Shown here: positions 47,390-58,900 of the stretch, one piece after another
How positions within the stretch are numbered: the stretch's first letter is position 1
Layout: each line of letters starts with the position of its first letter
Origin: Tubiluchus corallicola
Taxonomy: Eukaryota > Animalia > Priapulida
DNA: 64,000 nucleotides
Assembly (NCBI GenBank): GCA_030141605.1
Contig: JAQGDQ010000152.1
Location: 1-64,000, forward strand
Direction: 5' to 3'
The notes under the pieces: generated by a model
Seen by the model: the letters and a program-made list of their open reading frames with translations, nothing else
Database searches by the model: none
What the model was told of the DNA's origin: nothing
Program-made: the position numbers and the translations under genes

Positions 47390-47793
47390 CATTGGCTATA
47401 ATGATTATGCTAGTTACTATTTATTGCCTTCATGTGGAGTATATTTGCTGGCAAGATCATGGCAATATTTGATTTTCAAATCTTGATAATGGTACCCTTT
47501 TTATTATTTCCTGGTAGGTTATTTCTGTAAAATGTAAGATCTGAAATTATGTTTGCCTCCCAATTGTTGTTTAATTTACCCAGGTGCCATAATAATTGGC
47601 TTGCAGCTAAACCCTACTTATTTTGTCAGAGATAAGGCACTGTCAGACTGAGACCCAGGTGTGGATGTCTTAACCTAAATACATGATTTAATTATTCATT
47701 AATTCATTTATTAACCTTGTGTTGCACAAAATTAAATCAAGTACTACAGCACTTGGGCCACATGTAATTTGAATGTATGTTGAAAGACAATGT

Positions 47794-47883
47794 AATCATG
47801 TTCTGTGCTGAAAGGTCAAAAATATGAAAACATGTATGAATCATGTTCTGTGCTGAAAGGTCAAAAATATGAAAACATGTATG
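47794..47883. repeat. Perfect 45-bp tandem duplication
   Basis: aatcatgttctgtgctgaaaggtcaaaaatatgaaaacatgtatg x2. Confidence 0.9.
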
Positions 47884-48617
47884 AACTAAGAAGTAGCTTG
47901 TATCATTATAACCTCATTGCTTTTTTGTTGTACTTAATATGTTATTAAGAAAAACAACTCAGAATGTAAAAGTGAAATCAGTATTAGAATTATATTTTTT
48001 TGTGTAATTTTAGTAAGCCTTAAGGGAACGAACAAGTCACTTAGCATGTCAAAAATACAAAAAAGAAATGTACAAAAGTTAATTTATACTACTGCTGTGT
48101 AGGAATTCTTAGGCACTGTCGGTATGTCATAATTATGTCATCAAATTTTGGCACAATTGATGGACTTTGTGACATTTCGTAAGCGCATTGTGGCTTTTCA
48201 TAATTGTGCTCTAATTAAACTAATTCAGACTTCTGCAACTTACCTAATATTCATACAAAATTTATAAAAAATTATGCTTTTGATGGAAATTTAGCACGCT
48301 GTTTGGCTTTCAGATGAACGATGTCAGTGGAGGAACAATGGCTATTCAAAATTGTAGTGTTCAAGCCTGAAATGATTGGGACTTGAAAGTGATTTTACTA
48401 ATTAACGAGGCGCTTATTATTACTAAATCATTTTAACATTTTTTTTGTGAACATTGAAAAACCCAACTTCCAAAAAGCCTTGGCTTGTCCTTTAAATTTA
48501 CTGTAATGATATACAATCATAGACCAATGCCAGTTAGCAGTTTAAAAATTGAAGACATTTAATATTAAATGCACAATTTACAGAGCTGTGTGTATTTCAA
48601 AAATTAGATGATTTAAT

Positions 48618-48703
48618 GTGCTGTTAAGACACAATATGACTGACAGAATATAAAAAGCAAGTGCTGTTAAGACACAATATGACTGGCAGAATATAAAAAG
48701 CAA
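48618..48703. repeat. 43-bp tandem duplication
   Basis: gtgctgttaagacacaatatgactgRcagaatataaaaagcaa x2 with 1 mismatch. Confidence 0.9.
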
Positions 48704-49265
48704 GTCAACTATGTACAGGAAAAACACGGGTACCGTGCAGTATGAACAGTTCCAGAAGGCGATGCTAGATGGACAATAATAATAAACTTACAGTGTTTTG
48801 CAGAATTGTATATTTTTTACTTTTCTTGCTGGTCAAAGACATTCATGTGATAATTAGACTAACATGACATAAATAAAAGTCATGGATCCAAATTTATAAC
48901 TGCGTTTCAGTGATCACTTTAGTCCTGAAATAAATGAATACTAATCATGCATCTGCGGCTATGATACAACATTGGAAAGGGTGCTATCGGTCAGAGAAGG
49001 TTATTGACACAAAGTAATTTCAGACAATGAAATGAACATGACACATGAACACAATAATTGAGTGACATAGACAAAATTTTATTCAAATAAACAGTTTAGT
49101 ACAACAATTACTGTTGAATTTCACGAACAAGGACAAAATAAAAAAGCAACGAAACATTTTAATAAATACTTGAATTAATAAAAAATTCAATGTAAAAGAC
49201 CAAAAACATTATGACTGCAGGTAGTGATGCAATTACAAAGCAGCACAGATTCAACACACAGCTAG

Positions 49266-50234
49266 TCAGACACTTTTATTTCGGTGTCTTTTCTCATTTA
49301 AATGCATGCAGTCCTCTATCACAAAAGAATACCAGAGATATGGTAATGGTGCTGTACCCAGATGCCAAAGAGAGTGAGCGTCGAAGACCCAAAGTAGTGG
49401 TGGAAAATCCCCCAGTTCTAGTAATAATAATACATTGACTAATATCACAACAACAGCACATTTCCATGCATATTGCAGTCTCCGCCGATTCAACAAGTAC
49501 CATACCAGCCAGCCAGTAGAATTGACAGCACCTACCAAAACATTAACCTTCATGTTGTAACCGTAATCAAATCGTACAAAGGTTAAGAAGTACACATGTC
49601 TTGCAAAGAAAACGAGAATGAGCAAGCCAACTGTAGTGAGTTTCCATGGTTGCGTTGTACCCAATACACGTGCACACAAACCGAAGAAACAGTATAAAAC
49701 ACCGGACACAGCACACACATAATCCAAAATTTCCGTAAGTGGAAAATCACGAGTGTGAAACACGGATGACCATGTCCAGGCATTGATAGCCATGAAAGCG
49801 GAAACGGTCCATACATGGTACATGGGTGCTGAGACTGGTACTTTCTGGCGGAATCGCAGGTACATGTCCAGATGTGCAAGACCATTTAATATGGAAAATA
49901 TGGCAGAGGCAGGCTCTTGCATGCCTAAAAACCTGACAAATGGCCACTTGCCAAAAAACTGTGGAATGCCATGATTGCTAGATTTAAATGATTGCACAGT
50001 TTTCCACATGCATGAATATTTGCATTCGTCGGTGCATTCCCAGCCAAATACTCGTTCAAAGACTGGTTGGCTTGCATAGAAATGTGGCGCTGTAGTTTTA
50101 TTGCAGTTATTCTTTTGACACCAGGTTATACAGCGACGAAATACTTGTGAAGAATCACCCCTTGATGCCAAGCAAAGCCCAACACATGACGCAATTAAAA
50201 GCGTAAAAATTGCACAGCTCCAAACAGAACGCAT
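49266..50234 (-). CDS. PGAP3: Post-GPI attachment to proteins factor 3 (Per1 family), intronless
   Basis: Signal peptide then ASRGD; QFFGKWPFVRFLGMQEPASAIFS, WSSVFHTRD, FDYGYNM, LELGDFPP and DAHSLWHLGT motifs. Confidence 0.97.
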   Translation of the reverse strand: MRSVWSCAIFTLLIASCVGLCLASRGDSSQVFRRCITWCQKNNCNKTTAPHFYASQPVFERVFGWECTDECKYSCMWKTVQSFKSSNHGIPQFFGKWPFVRFLGMQEPASAIFSILNGLAHLDMYLRFRQKVPVSAPMYHVWTVSAFMAINAWTWSSVFHTRDFPLTEILDYVCAVSGVLYCFFGLCARVLGTTQPWKLTTVGLLILVFFARHVYFLTFVRFDYGYNMKVNVLVGAVNSTGWLVWYLLNRRRLQYAWKCAVVVILVNVLLLLELGDFPPLLWVFDAHSLWHLGTAPLPYLWYSFVIEDCMHLNEKRHRNKSV

Positions 50235-50752
50235 TTTCGATTTTTAATGACAGGCAAAGCCGTACCACATAACTTTTTTTATGCACACCGTCCAGTAAAG
50301 CATATTGCCAGAAGTTTGCTAAAAATGAAAATCAAGTCTATTAACATCTAATGACGCAGAAACGTAACTAGATTTACTACGATATTTGCACAACTTAACA
50401 AGAATATAAAATAAAATAATGGGAAACGAGAGTAACTACCGCGTAATTTTTACAGAATTTTCATTTTTGCATTGCTCTTCTTTTCACTAACGGGAATATC
50501 ATGCGAAAGCAAGGCGCACAGCAAAATTTATGTGCTTATTGTGATTTCAGGCTTTCTTAGTCCTGTGTTAATGTGTCACACAGATAAAAGCATAAGGAGC
50601 AACCCATAATCAAAGAGCCACAAGGTAAAGGTGTCTTCCATCTTAAATAAGGTGTATATCATGATGCGTAGTATGCTCCTTATTCTGTAAGGCGTTTAGC
50701 CATAATCCGTTTAGGCAATGCATGATTGTACATAATTATGTAATGTAGTAAT

Positions 50753-51113
50753 TAGGGGTGAGCATCGAACGTTTGAATTGGAATTCAATTCGAACCTAAA
50801 ACTATAGATTCGGATAATTCAGCGCTTCCATCACGTTACGGTCTTTATCATTAAAGCAATTAAAACATCATGCAGTTAGCATAATTTACCTGTGATTCCT
50901 GTGCACAATTTTAAACAAATTATTAGTGGTTTTGCTGCAGAACAAAATTGAGTAATGTTCTTTGAAAGACTAGATTTTACTGGTGGTTCGAAAACTTGTT
51001 CAAAAGTCTTTCACCCTAAACTGAAATTCGAAATATTGAAGTTTTGTTCGATTCAAATACAAAAGTCACAACTCGATTTGAATTCTCTTTCCGGTAGAGA
51101 ATGTTCACCCCTA
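50753..51113. mobile_element. hAT-type MITE (partial second copy from 51456)
   Basis: TIR TAGGGGTGAGCAT...ATGTTCACCCCTA; 8-bp TSD gtagtaat/gtaataat. Confidence 0.8.
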
Positions 51114-52105
51114 GTAATAATAGTAAAATGTCGTGCTTAAAAATTCCCCTTTCATGTTTATGAGACCATTCTGTTAAGATTTCTGTAAAGCACTGAAAGT
51201 GGCCCGTGAGGTGCCTATAGTGGATTATGGCTTACGATAGGCAGGGCTGCTTTAGATGGAAGATGGCAAATAGTTTATCTGTGTGAGATGGGCCTTATGC
51301 GACAATAATTATGTGTTATAGTAAGCACCTTAGCAAAATATGGGTTCACGGTTAGGATAACTGTTGGGGGGATAATTATCTTAATTGTTTTACCTCTGCC
51401 AAGGAAGTGATGCTTCAAAACAGTAAACAGTTTGTTTGTTTGTTTCATTGGTTTGTAGGGGTGAGCATGTTAGAAGGTTAGAATTCGATTTGAAATTAAA
51501 ATTAAAATTAAAAATTTAGCACTTCCGCCATACCTGCTTTTTATCATTAAAATGTGTGAAACAGCATGCAGTTAGCACAGTTTAGCTGGAAACTTGACCA
51601 AAAACCACATACAAAGAACATTCGTGAAGCACTTCATGGAGGTCTCAGAGGGAGTATTTAATCGTCCTTTTTGGCTATCTCCACAGGGACAAACAACTAT
51701 GGGAAAACATTTCAATAAATTTTCACTTGGAGAACGGTTTATAATGCACCTAATGCAATTATTATATCATGCCATTTTATAGTACGTCATTTGTAAAATT
51801 TATAAAATTATCAAAATAATGTTCAATAAAGTCATGATGTTCAATGTAAATGAAAAGCTTATAATTTTTGTGCTAAATTTATAAAGGTATTTTTATTTTG
51901 TAAAAAATACGGATACCAATCTGTTTTACAACATTCTGGCTTTGACATATTCAACATCAGTTAAATAAATGTAAAGAAACGTTTTAATGACATATACATC
52001 CAATGGTTGATCATGCGCCTGCTATATAGGCATCGTAATTCTGCATTATAAAAATTATATTTTCTTATAAAAGCATTAACTGTAGCCAGTCAAACGTCTC
52101 AACAA

Positions 52106-52196
52106 AAAAATCACTTATTTTGAAAACTTCATTCATTTTACAAACGTCACTCATCTTGAGAACTTCACTCATTCTGAAAACTTCACTCATTTTAAA
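52106..52196. repeat. Degenerate 18-bp minisatellite (~5 units)
   Basis: (aacttcactcattttgaa)-like units. Confidence 0.75.
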
Positions 52197-53944
52197 GGTA
52201 AGTGTTATTATGAAATTGTGACGTGCCGAGCTGTGTTGTGTGGACAGGTTTTCTTTACACATATTAGTCTCGGTCGCTGCACGATAAGAAGTACATCTTA
52301 CCAATCTAGTAATAATTGTGAAATGAATGTAGTAGACATAGGCGCCTAGATGTCTACGTGCCCAGGTGCCTGTCAAAAGTTTACCCGTTTATAGCATTTC
52401 AGAAAAGATAGACTTATATAGAGATCATTGATGTTTCTTACAGGTGAAAGCAATCTGACAAAAATGAAACATGAAAAAGCAGTTCATGTGCATAAAGAGC
52501 ATTATTTTCCATCCTTTATAGAAGCTAGAAACGAGACGAGTAGTTTTTTATTATTATTAGTTCGGCTAGAGTTAGAATACAAAAGCAAATCGTTATTACA
52601 TCTACCTGATGTTAAAACAATTTGTAATTGAATAACTAGAAATAAGTCAAGCTAACAATGTGACAAAACAACTATTGGTAAGGTGTGCATACTCTTTGTA
52701 CATGCGTATAAAATGCTGCATAAGGACACTAATGTTTGTTCACAAATCAGTCTGCTGCAAGTTTACTAGATCTTGAAAAGTACTGATTATAGCTAAAACT
52801 TGTTACAGCATGAAAAAGCTTTGTGCGATATTTGTAATTATTGTGGAGTTCAGGTTATAAATCGTTGGACTGTTGTGCGCGTATTAAGCGCTTTTAGCTG
52901 AATGGTGCTGCCATCTGGCAATAAACATAAGACGAAAACAATTTACATTTACTCTAATATGTATATTCTCATAAGCTGGCTTGGTATGTAAATACGTGTA
53001 TGTATCAGTCAATTACCATCGCCAAAATTAGTGGCTAAATAAAAGAGAATAAACACTACGTGGAATACCAGTGAGTTGCTGATTATAATCCATTTAATGA
53101 ACAAATATTTTGTGAGAATTTTGGATACTTTCATGGAATTATATCTCACTGTAATTCATTTGCATTTTTATTTGATTTTCTTGAACTGTCTCTATTCTTT
53201 TGTGGTGGCGTCACTCGCTGAAAGTGCCTGGATACTAATAAAACAAGTACTTATTGATTATAATAACTGCTGGTGATATCTTTCGCCACAATATTCAATT
53301 TATTATTTAAACTGCGTTGTTTCTTACACATGTACAGGTGTTCTGCTGTGTCTTGTCCTAGTTTACACAATCATATTTCAAGTTGTCTTTGTACTTTATA
53401 CTTAAAAGTTATCTTTTAAATTTTGACGAATGTTATTCAATCTTATTTTTTTATTGAACAAAATGTTGATGCAAATGACTGACGGTGGTCGACGTGGGTT
53501 GGAGTTGTGTCAAGATACCAAAATCACTGTAAATTGATTTGCTAGATCGTTTCCGGTTCCTGTTGTGTGACCTGTTAAATGAGTATTAATTTAGTACTTT
53601 TTTCTCTAATGCTGTAAAATAACACACGTTTATTCAATCTGCCATTTGGAAATAGAATATCTTATAGGCCCTTCAAAGTTAGTCAAAAATTAATGGACTA
53701 TAGTTTACGTCGAATTCGAGTAGTGTAGACAATTCAGTAGGCGTATTCTGAATTGCCCAGGTATATTAATTATATTAGTTACGCGCTCATTTTATTTTTG
53801 GCAAATGGTTAAAGATATTTCGCTGCATACCAGAGAGCCTTTGTGGGAATAAAATATTTCTTTGGGTCACGAGCTTCACTTGAGTTTTACTGACTTCCTA
53901 ACTCTTAATCATGATAATTTATTTTTGTTCATTCGAGTTAATAA

Positions 53945-54725
53945 AGGGAAGGTCGAGCCTTCTGGGAATATAAGCTTATTTCAGTATTTACAAAAGTGTT
54001 AGAAGGATTTAGTAATAAAAGTGTAATAAGTCCCTCATGTAATTTGTAAAATTACTTTGAAGTCCCGATCATTCACGCTTGGGTGCTCCCATTTTGAATA
54101 CCCACCAATGACTTTATTCATCAATTGAAAAAAACTGCCACTGTCAATTTCTGACTGAAATATAAAAGTTTTTACAAAAAAAATAGATAGCTAATTTTGT
54201 GATATTTTTGCACTAAGATTACATAACGGCAGTAACACTGCATAAAACATGTAAATTTAAACTCCCGTGACGACCATTAGGCATAGTCATTTTGACGACA
54301 GGTCATTTTAGATAACATAAAGTAATGTGTGAAAAATAATCCAAGCATTCGTAGCTCATACGTCATTTACTAAGTAAAATTTAAAATTACTATGTCTTGT
54401 CAATAAGATAAAATACATTTTTGGTTATTGAGTGATGCACCCTGGAGGGTGAGTCAGCGACATTTTACCAATGGCAGAAACATTTTAAATTGTTAGCCTA
54501 GTTACGTAAGTCTTTCCGGCAGATCAGTACTAAGTAATATAGATTTGCACGGAAAGTTTTTTGGGTCATAATTTAACATTGCCTTCCCCTGATTTACGTT
54601 TTATGTAGGTGACGTCATGCAATGGCGATTTCGGAACAGTTTTTCTACAAATTTCTTTATGTTTTTCTAAATTTAAGTGATAACAGTAAAACAAACTCAA
54701 CACCCTAAATGACTCGTCCTTTCCT
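53945..54725. mobile_element. TTAA-type non-autonomous DNA transposon, copy 2, with extra internal sequence
   Basis: ataa|agggaaggtcgagccttctggg...ctttcct|ttaa; aligns with 39897-40451. Confidence 0.65.
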
Positions 54726-55950
54726 TTAATTTACGTATTTGATATGTTAAAGCGAATTGTAATTTGTTAATTGAAATTTTGCATATAAAATTTCGAATGA
54801 TGATACTACAATAAACTTATTCTTTTTCTTTGGCGTTGGAGGCATTCTGATAAACTTTTTTGTCTTAGCGTTAGAACTAATGTACAGAAAAAATTTGTCA
54901 GTCATCGCATATATTATTCATAGAATCACGTCCCAAGTAATGTAATAATTCAGAGTGCATGAGTAAATTTAAAAGTGCAATGAGAGTGACGCCCTCAGTG
55001 CCAGAGTTGGTTAGTGTCACGAACCATTCAGTGGTATTCAGGTTTTACGCACTGTTAACTAGTCACTAATGATAGTTGTAGGCTTATGATAAGATAAAAA
55101 AGCCCTAATCTTCTTACACACCATGCTCATTTTCATGGTAGCTTTATGTATTTCATTAACAGGCAGTTTGGTATTGAAAAAGAAATACTTTTGTTTCCAA
55201 TTTTTTGTTATTTTACACTATGGGTATGTAGGGTTTTTGTCATTGTTTTTCTTATCATGTCACTTTGTCGTTCGGAATTTGTCAGATTTTTTAGCCAGAT
55301 CACCCCACATCTTATTTTCATGAGTTCACCACTCCTTTCACATAAATAACTTATTTAGAAGTGTGATTTTTGTTAAAGAGTTTTTGTTTCTCACTGATTA
55401 ATGAGAGACAAATATAAACATGTAACTGTAGCACTACCCACTATGACACCATCACCCACCGTTCCCACTTTCATTACCAGATCATTTATGTTTACCATTG
55501 GTGCACCCTGTCTACACTGTCACTACAGTGTAAGTAATGTTCTCTAATCTTGTAAAACTTTGTTGTTTTATTATTTTATTTTCTCATCTTTTTTTTACTT
55601 TTTACTGTAGTTTTTGTTGTAAGTACTGACTTACAAAGTGAATTTACATTCTCAAGGTAAATGTTGCTGTTCTAGAGTGATGGAATAATTGAACTGGCTT
55701 CTAATGTCCCTCATCTCAACAACTTCTGTTTGTTGGTCACTTGAAAAGTGCTTGGTAAAAAGTCGTTCAAATTAATCTAGTCTGTTGTTGCCACTACCAT
55801 AACTTTGGGCTTGTAAGCAGATGGTGCTTAGCAACCATGATTGTTGTAATACGTGTTTAATATAACAAATTGATGCCTGTTCTTTTTGTTTGTTTTCCCT
55901 GCAGGTAGCTGTCGTAACTGAATTTTTCTCACAACCAGGAAACGTTGACG

Positions 55951-58900
55951 ATGTCTGCTTCTGCAATTTTTTTCCTCGACATTAAGGGCAAGGTGAGCTA
56001 TAGAAAAAACTTTTAGGGTAACAATTATTGCAAGCAGATACTTTGATTTAGACAAAAAGGAAAGTTGCACTGTACGCTTCATTAACATATGTGGTATTCT
56101 ATGATATGTTTGGTTGTGTATGTTTAATAATATAAATTGATCCACTACATTGCTTTTTGTATGTAGTACATGTTTTCGTAAATCGTCACGTAGCTTTCTG
56201 TGTGTTTTCTTGGAAATGGGTTTGCATATTTTCTTACATGTTCCATATATACACGGCTCAGTGTGTATTAATTACGTGTTCCACGTAGATTTGAAGCAAC
56301 GCAACTTTAAACATTTTTCACGTATTCAATATACACGTCTCGCTCAGATGTGTAATGAAACAGCTTCACATAATTTCTAAGATGTTCAGCATTTGCGTTC
56401 CATTAATTCAGATTTGAAACACTATTGTGCTTCAAGTTGACGAAATGGTTTTTCATCCTAACACAAGTAGTGCAACATAAATATGTCAAATATGACTGTG
56501 TGGAACTGCACCAGAATATTTCTATGTCAAAAATTTGGAAAAGCAATCTTTTTAAAGCATATCATTCCTGGTGGCACCATTAGAAAAGTATGAAGTCTTT
56601 CTGTTCATAACAATTGCCTGCTATTAAGGATAATACTCTGAAATATGATAAGTAATAGGATTTTATATGTATATATATATATATCCTTCCACAACAAGAG
56701 AAACAGCCACAGGAACCGCACACAATTATTTTCTGGTGTTATTCATCTATTCGTCTACTAGGTTCACCGCTGCTTAACTATCATAGGGTCAAGCATATAC
56801 TGTGACCCCTCTACTATTTGTTTTGCTCTTATTTACATTATGCTTTTTTGTCTATAAGATTTTTATCGTTAGGTTCTCATTTCACGGAATTATCGTGGTG
56901 ATGTGGAAATGTCCAGCATCGATAAATTCATGCCGTTGCTGATGGAAAAAGAGGAAGAGTCCGGGGTCTCTCCTATCATTCGACACAACGATGTGGCGTA
57001 CATGTACATAAAACATAGCAATCTTTATGGTAAAGTTTATAACCAGTTTGTAGTTTACCCTTGTGCTATATGATTAGTTTATATCGATTATTGATCTTTC
57101 TTGTGCTTACAATTTGTAAACCAATTGTAAAATATGATTACGTTTAGAAACAGAATTGATTAGAAAATTTTTAATGGTAGTTTTGATAAAACAATCATTG
57201 CTCACGAACACAGCTGAAGGGAAAATGCATTCTTCAAGCTTGTAAACAACGGGTTGTAAACAGTTAATAACAATCTGCATTTATAATTTGCGTTACATTT
57301 TGTCTCTTTGACATCAGCAGTTTGGTTGATTAAACAACAAATTGTGTTACCGTCACTGCTGTAGATTGTGAATATGCCTTTTGGCAGACCTTTCACTTAA
57401 AAACCTACTTCTTGTTTAGCAATTGAACTTTTCATGCTTAAATATTTACGGCTAATAATTTTCAGGAAAGAAGCTTTGCTTTCTTAATCACGATACTTAC
57501 ATAGCACATCAGGCTACTGGTTAAATACGAAAGCAAGTTTTATTTTCCATTTTACAGTTAAAAATAATGTATTTCGTATCTCACATTCTAATGAATTATT
57601 GTAATTTCAGTTGTGGCAATTTCAAAGAAGAATGCTAATGCAGCATTGGTGTTTTCCTTGCTTCACAAGATTGTCCAGGTTTGCATCTTTTTTGAAGCTT
57701 GCACTAAATAAGGCCTAACAGCTGTCCGCACAACGTTAAGAATAGGTTTAGAAAGCGAAAATATTAACAAAGGCTTAGAAAAATAAAAACCTTATAAAAA
57801 TATATTCTCGGTAATGGGCGGTATCTGTTTGATATTCTCCTTGAAGCAGCTAATATAGTTGTAAAACAATTTTCTGCTAATGAATTTCAAAGATAAGAAG
57901 CCAGAGGAAACTAGCAGGTTCAAAAATGGCTGTCCTGTTTCCAAGATTTTCATATTAGAAGTATGAGAAGCAATAGCAAACCGTTGCTTTTTAAAAACCT
58001 ATAAAGACGGATCATTCATCAAAAATGCTGGGCCACGATTTTTTTGTAACAATAGAAAGTTTTTTAACTAAGTCTAACAGTCACCAAAAGTTTATGCAAT
58101 TGTGTTTTGACATTTTTGTCACAAATAATTTGTGCAAAATTCTATGTAATTTCGAAATGTAATTTTTTTTGCAAAATTTGTTCTTTTTCTTGGGCAAAAA
58201 TTGCGAGAGTTTAGCATGAAATTTGTACGACATGTTTGCGGCAGGGCGAGTGACTGTTTAACAACATTGGCGCTAGTATATTGCGATCATTTTCCGGTTG
58301 TTTCACAGAACTTTTGCAGAAAGAAGTGTGGTACAACCTATTATCTCCAAAGTATAAAAAATAGTTTCACGGCCATCGTATCATTCTTAGAAGTGTCTCA
58401 AATGCTCTCCAACTTTTTTGCATATTTTGAAATCCGTTGACAAACATCACAAATCATTAACAGCATTTTTGCCCTGATTTAGTATAATTTCAAGCAATTT
58501 TACAACCGTTCTGGAGAAGTTTTAGTGAGGTGGTGATGTTTGCCACAAACTTTAACAATTTTAAAGATTCTGAAATTTCCCTCCAGAATTTTCCAGCCAT
58601 TTTAGCGATGATGGTGAATGCCCGTGTATGTCTGGAGAACTTCTGAAGCATATTTTGTGACTGTTGAGTTATCAGTTTTTAGACCGTTGCCAAAGTTGCG
58701 AACCGTTGTCAAATCCTGCCTTTAGCATAGCAGCAGAACCTTCAGTGAGCAAGATATTGCCTGCCTGGTTGTTTTTGTGAACTGTGAGATTTCTCTAATT
58801 TCTTTGTTTTCTGACAGATAAGCAGATTTTTTCACGATTGTCTGAGTTTTATATATTCATTTCCTCCAGGTTTTTAACGAATATTTCAAAGAGTTAGAAG

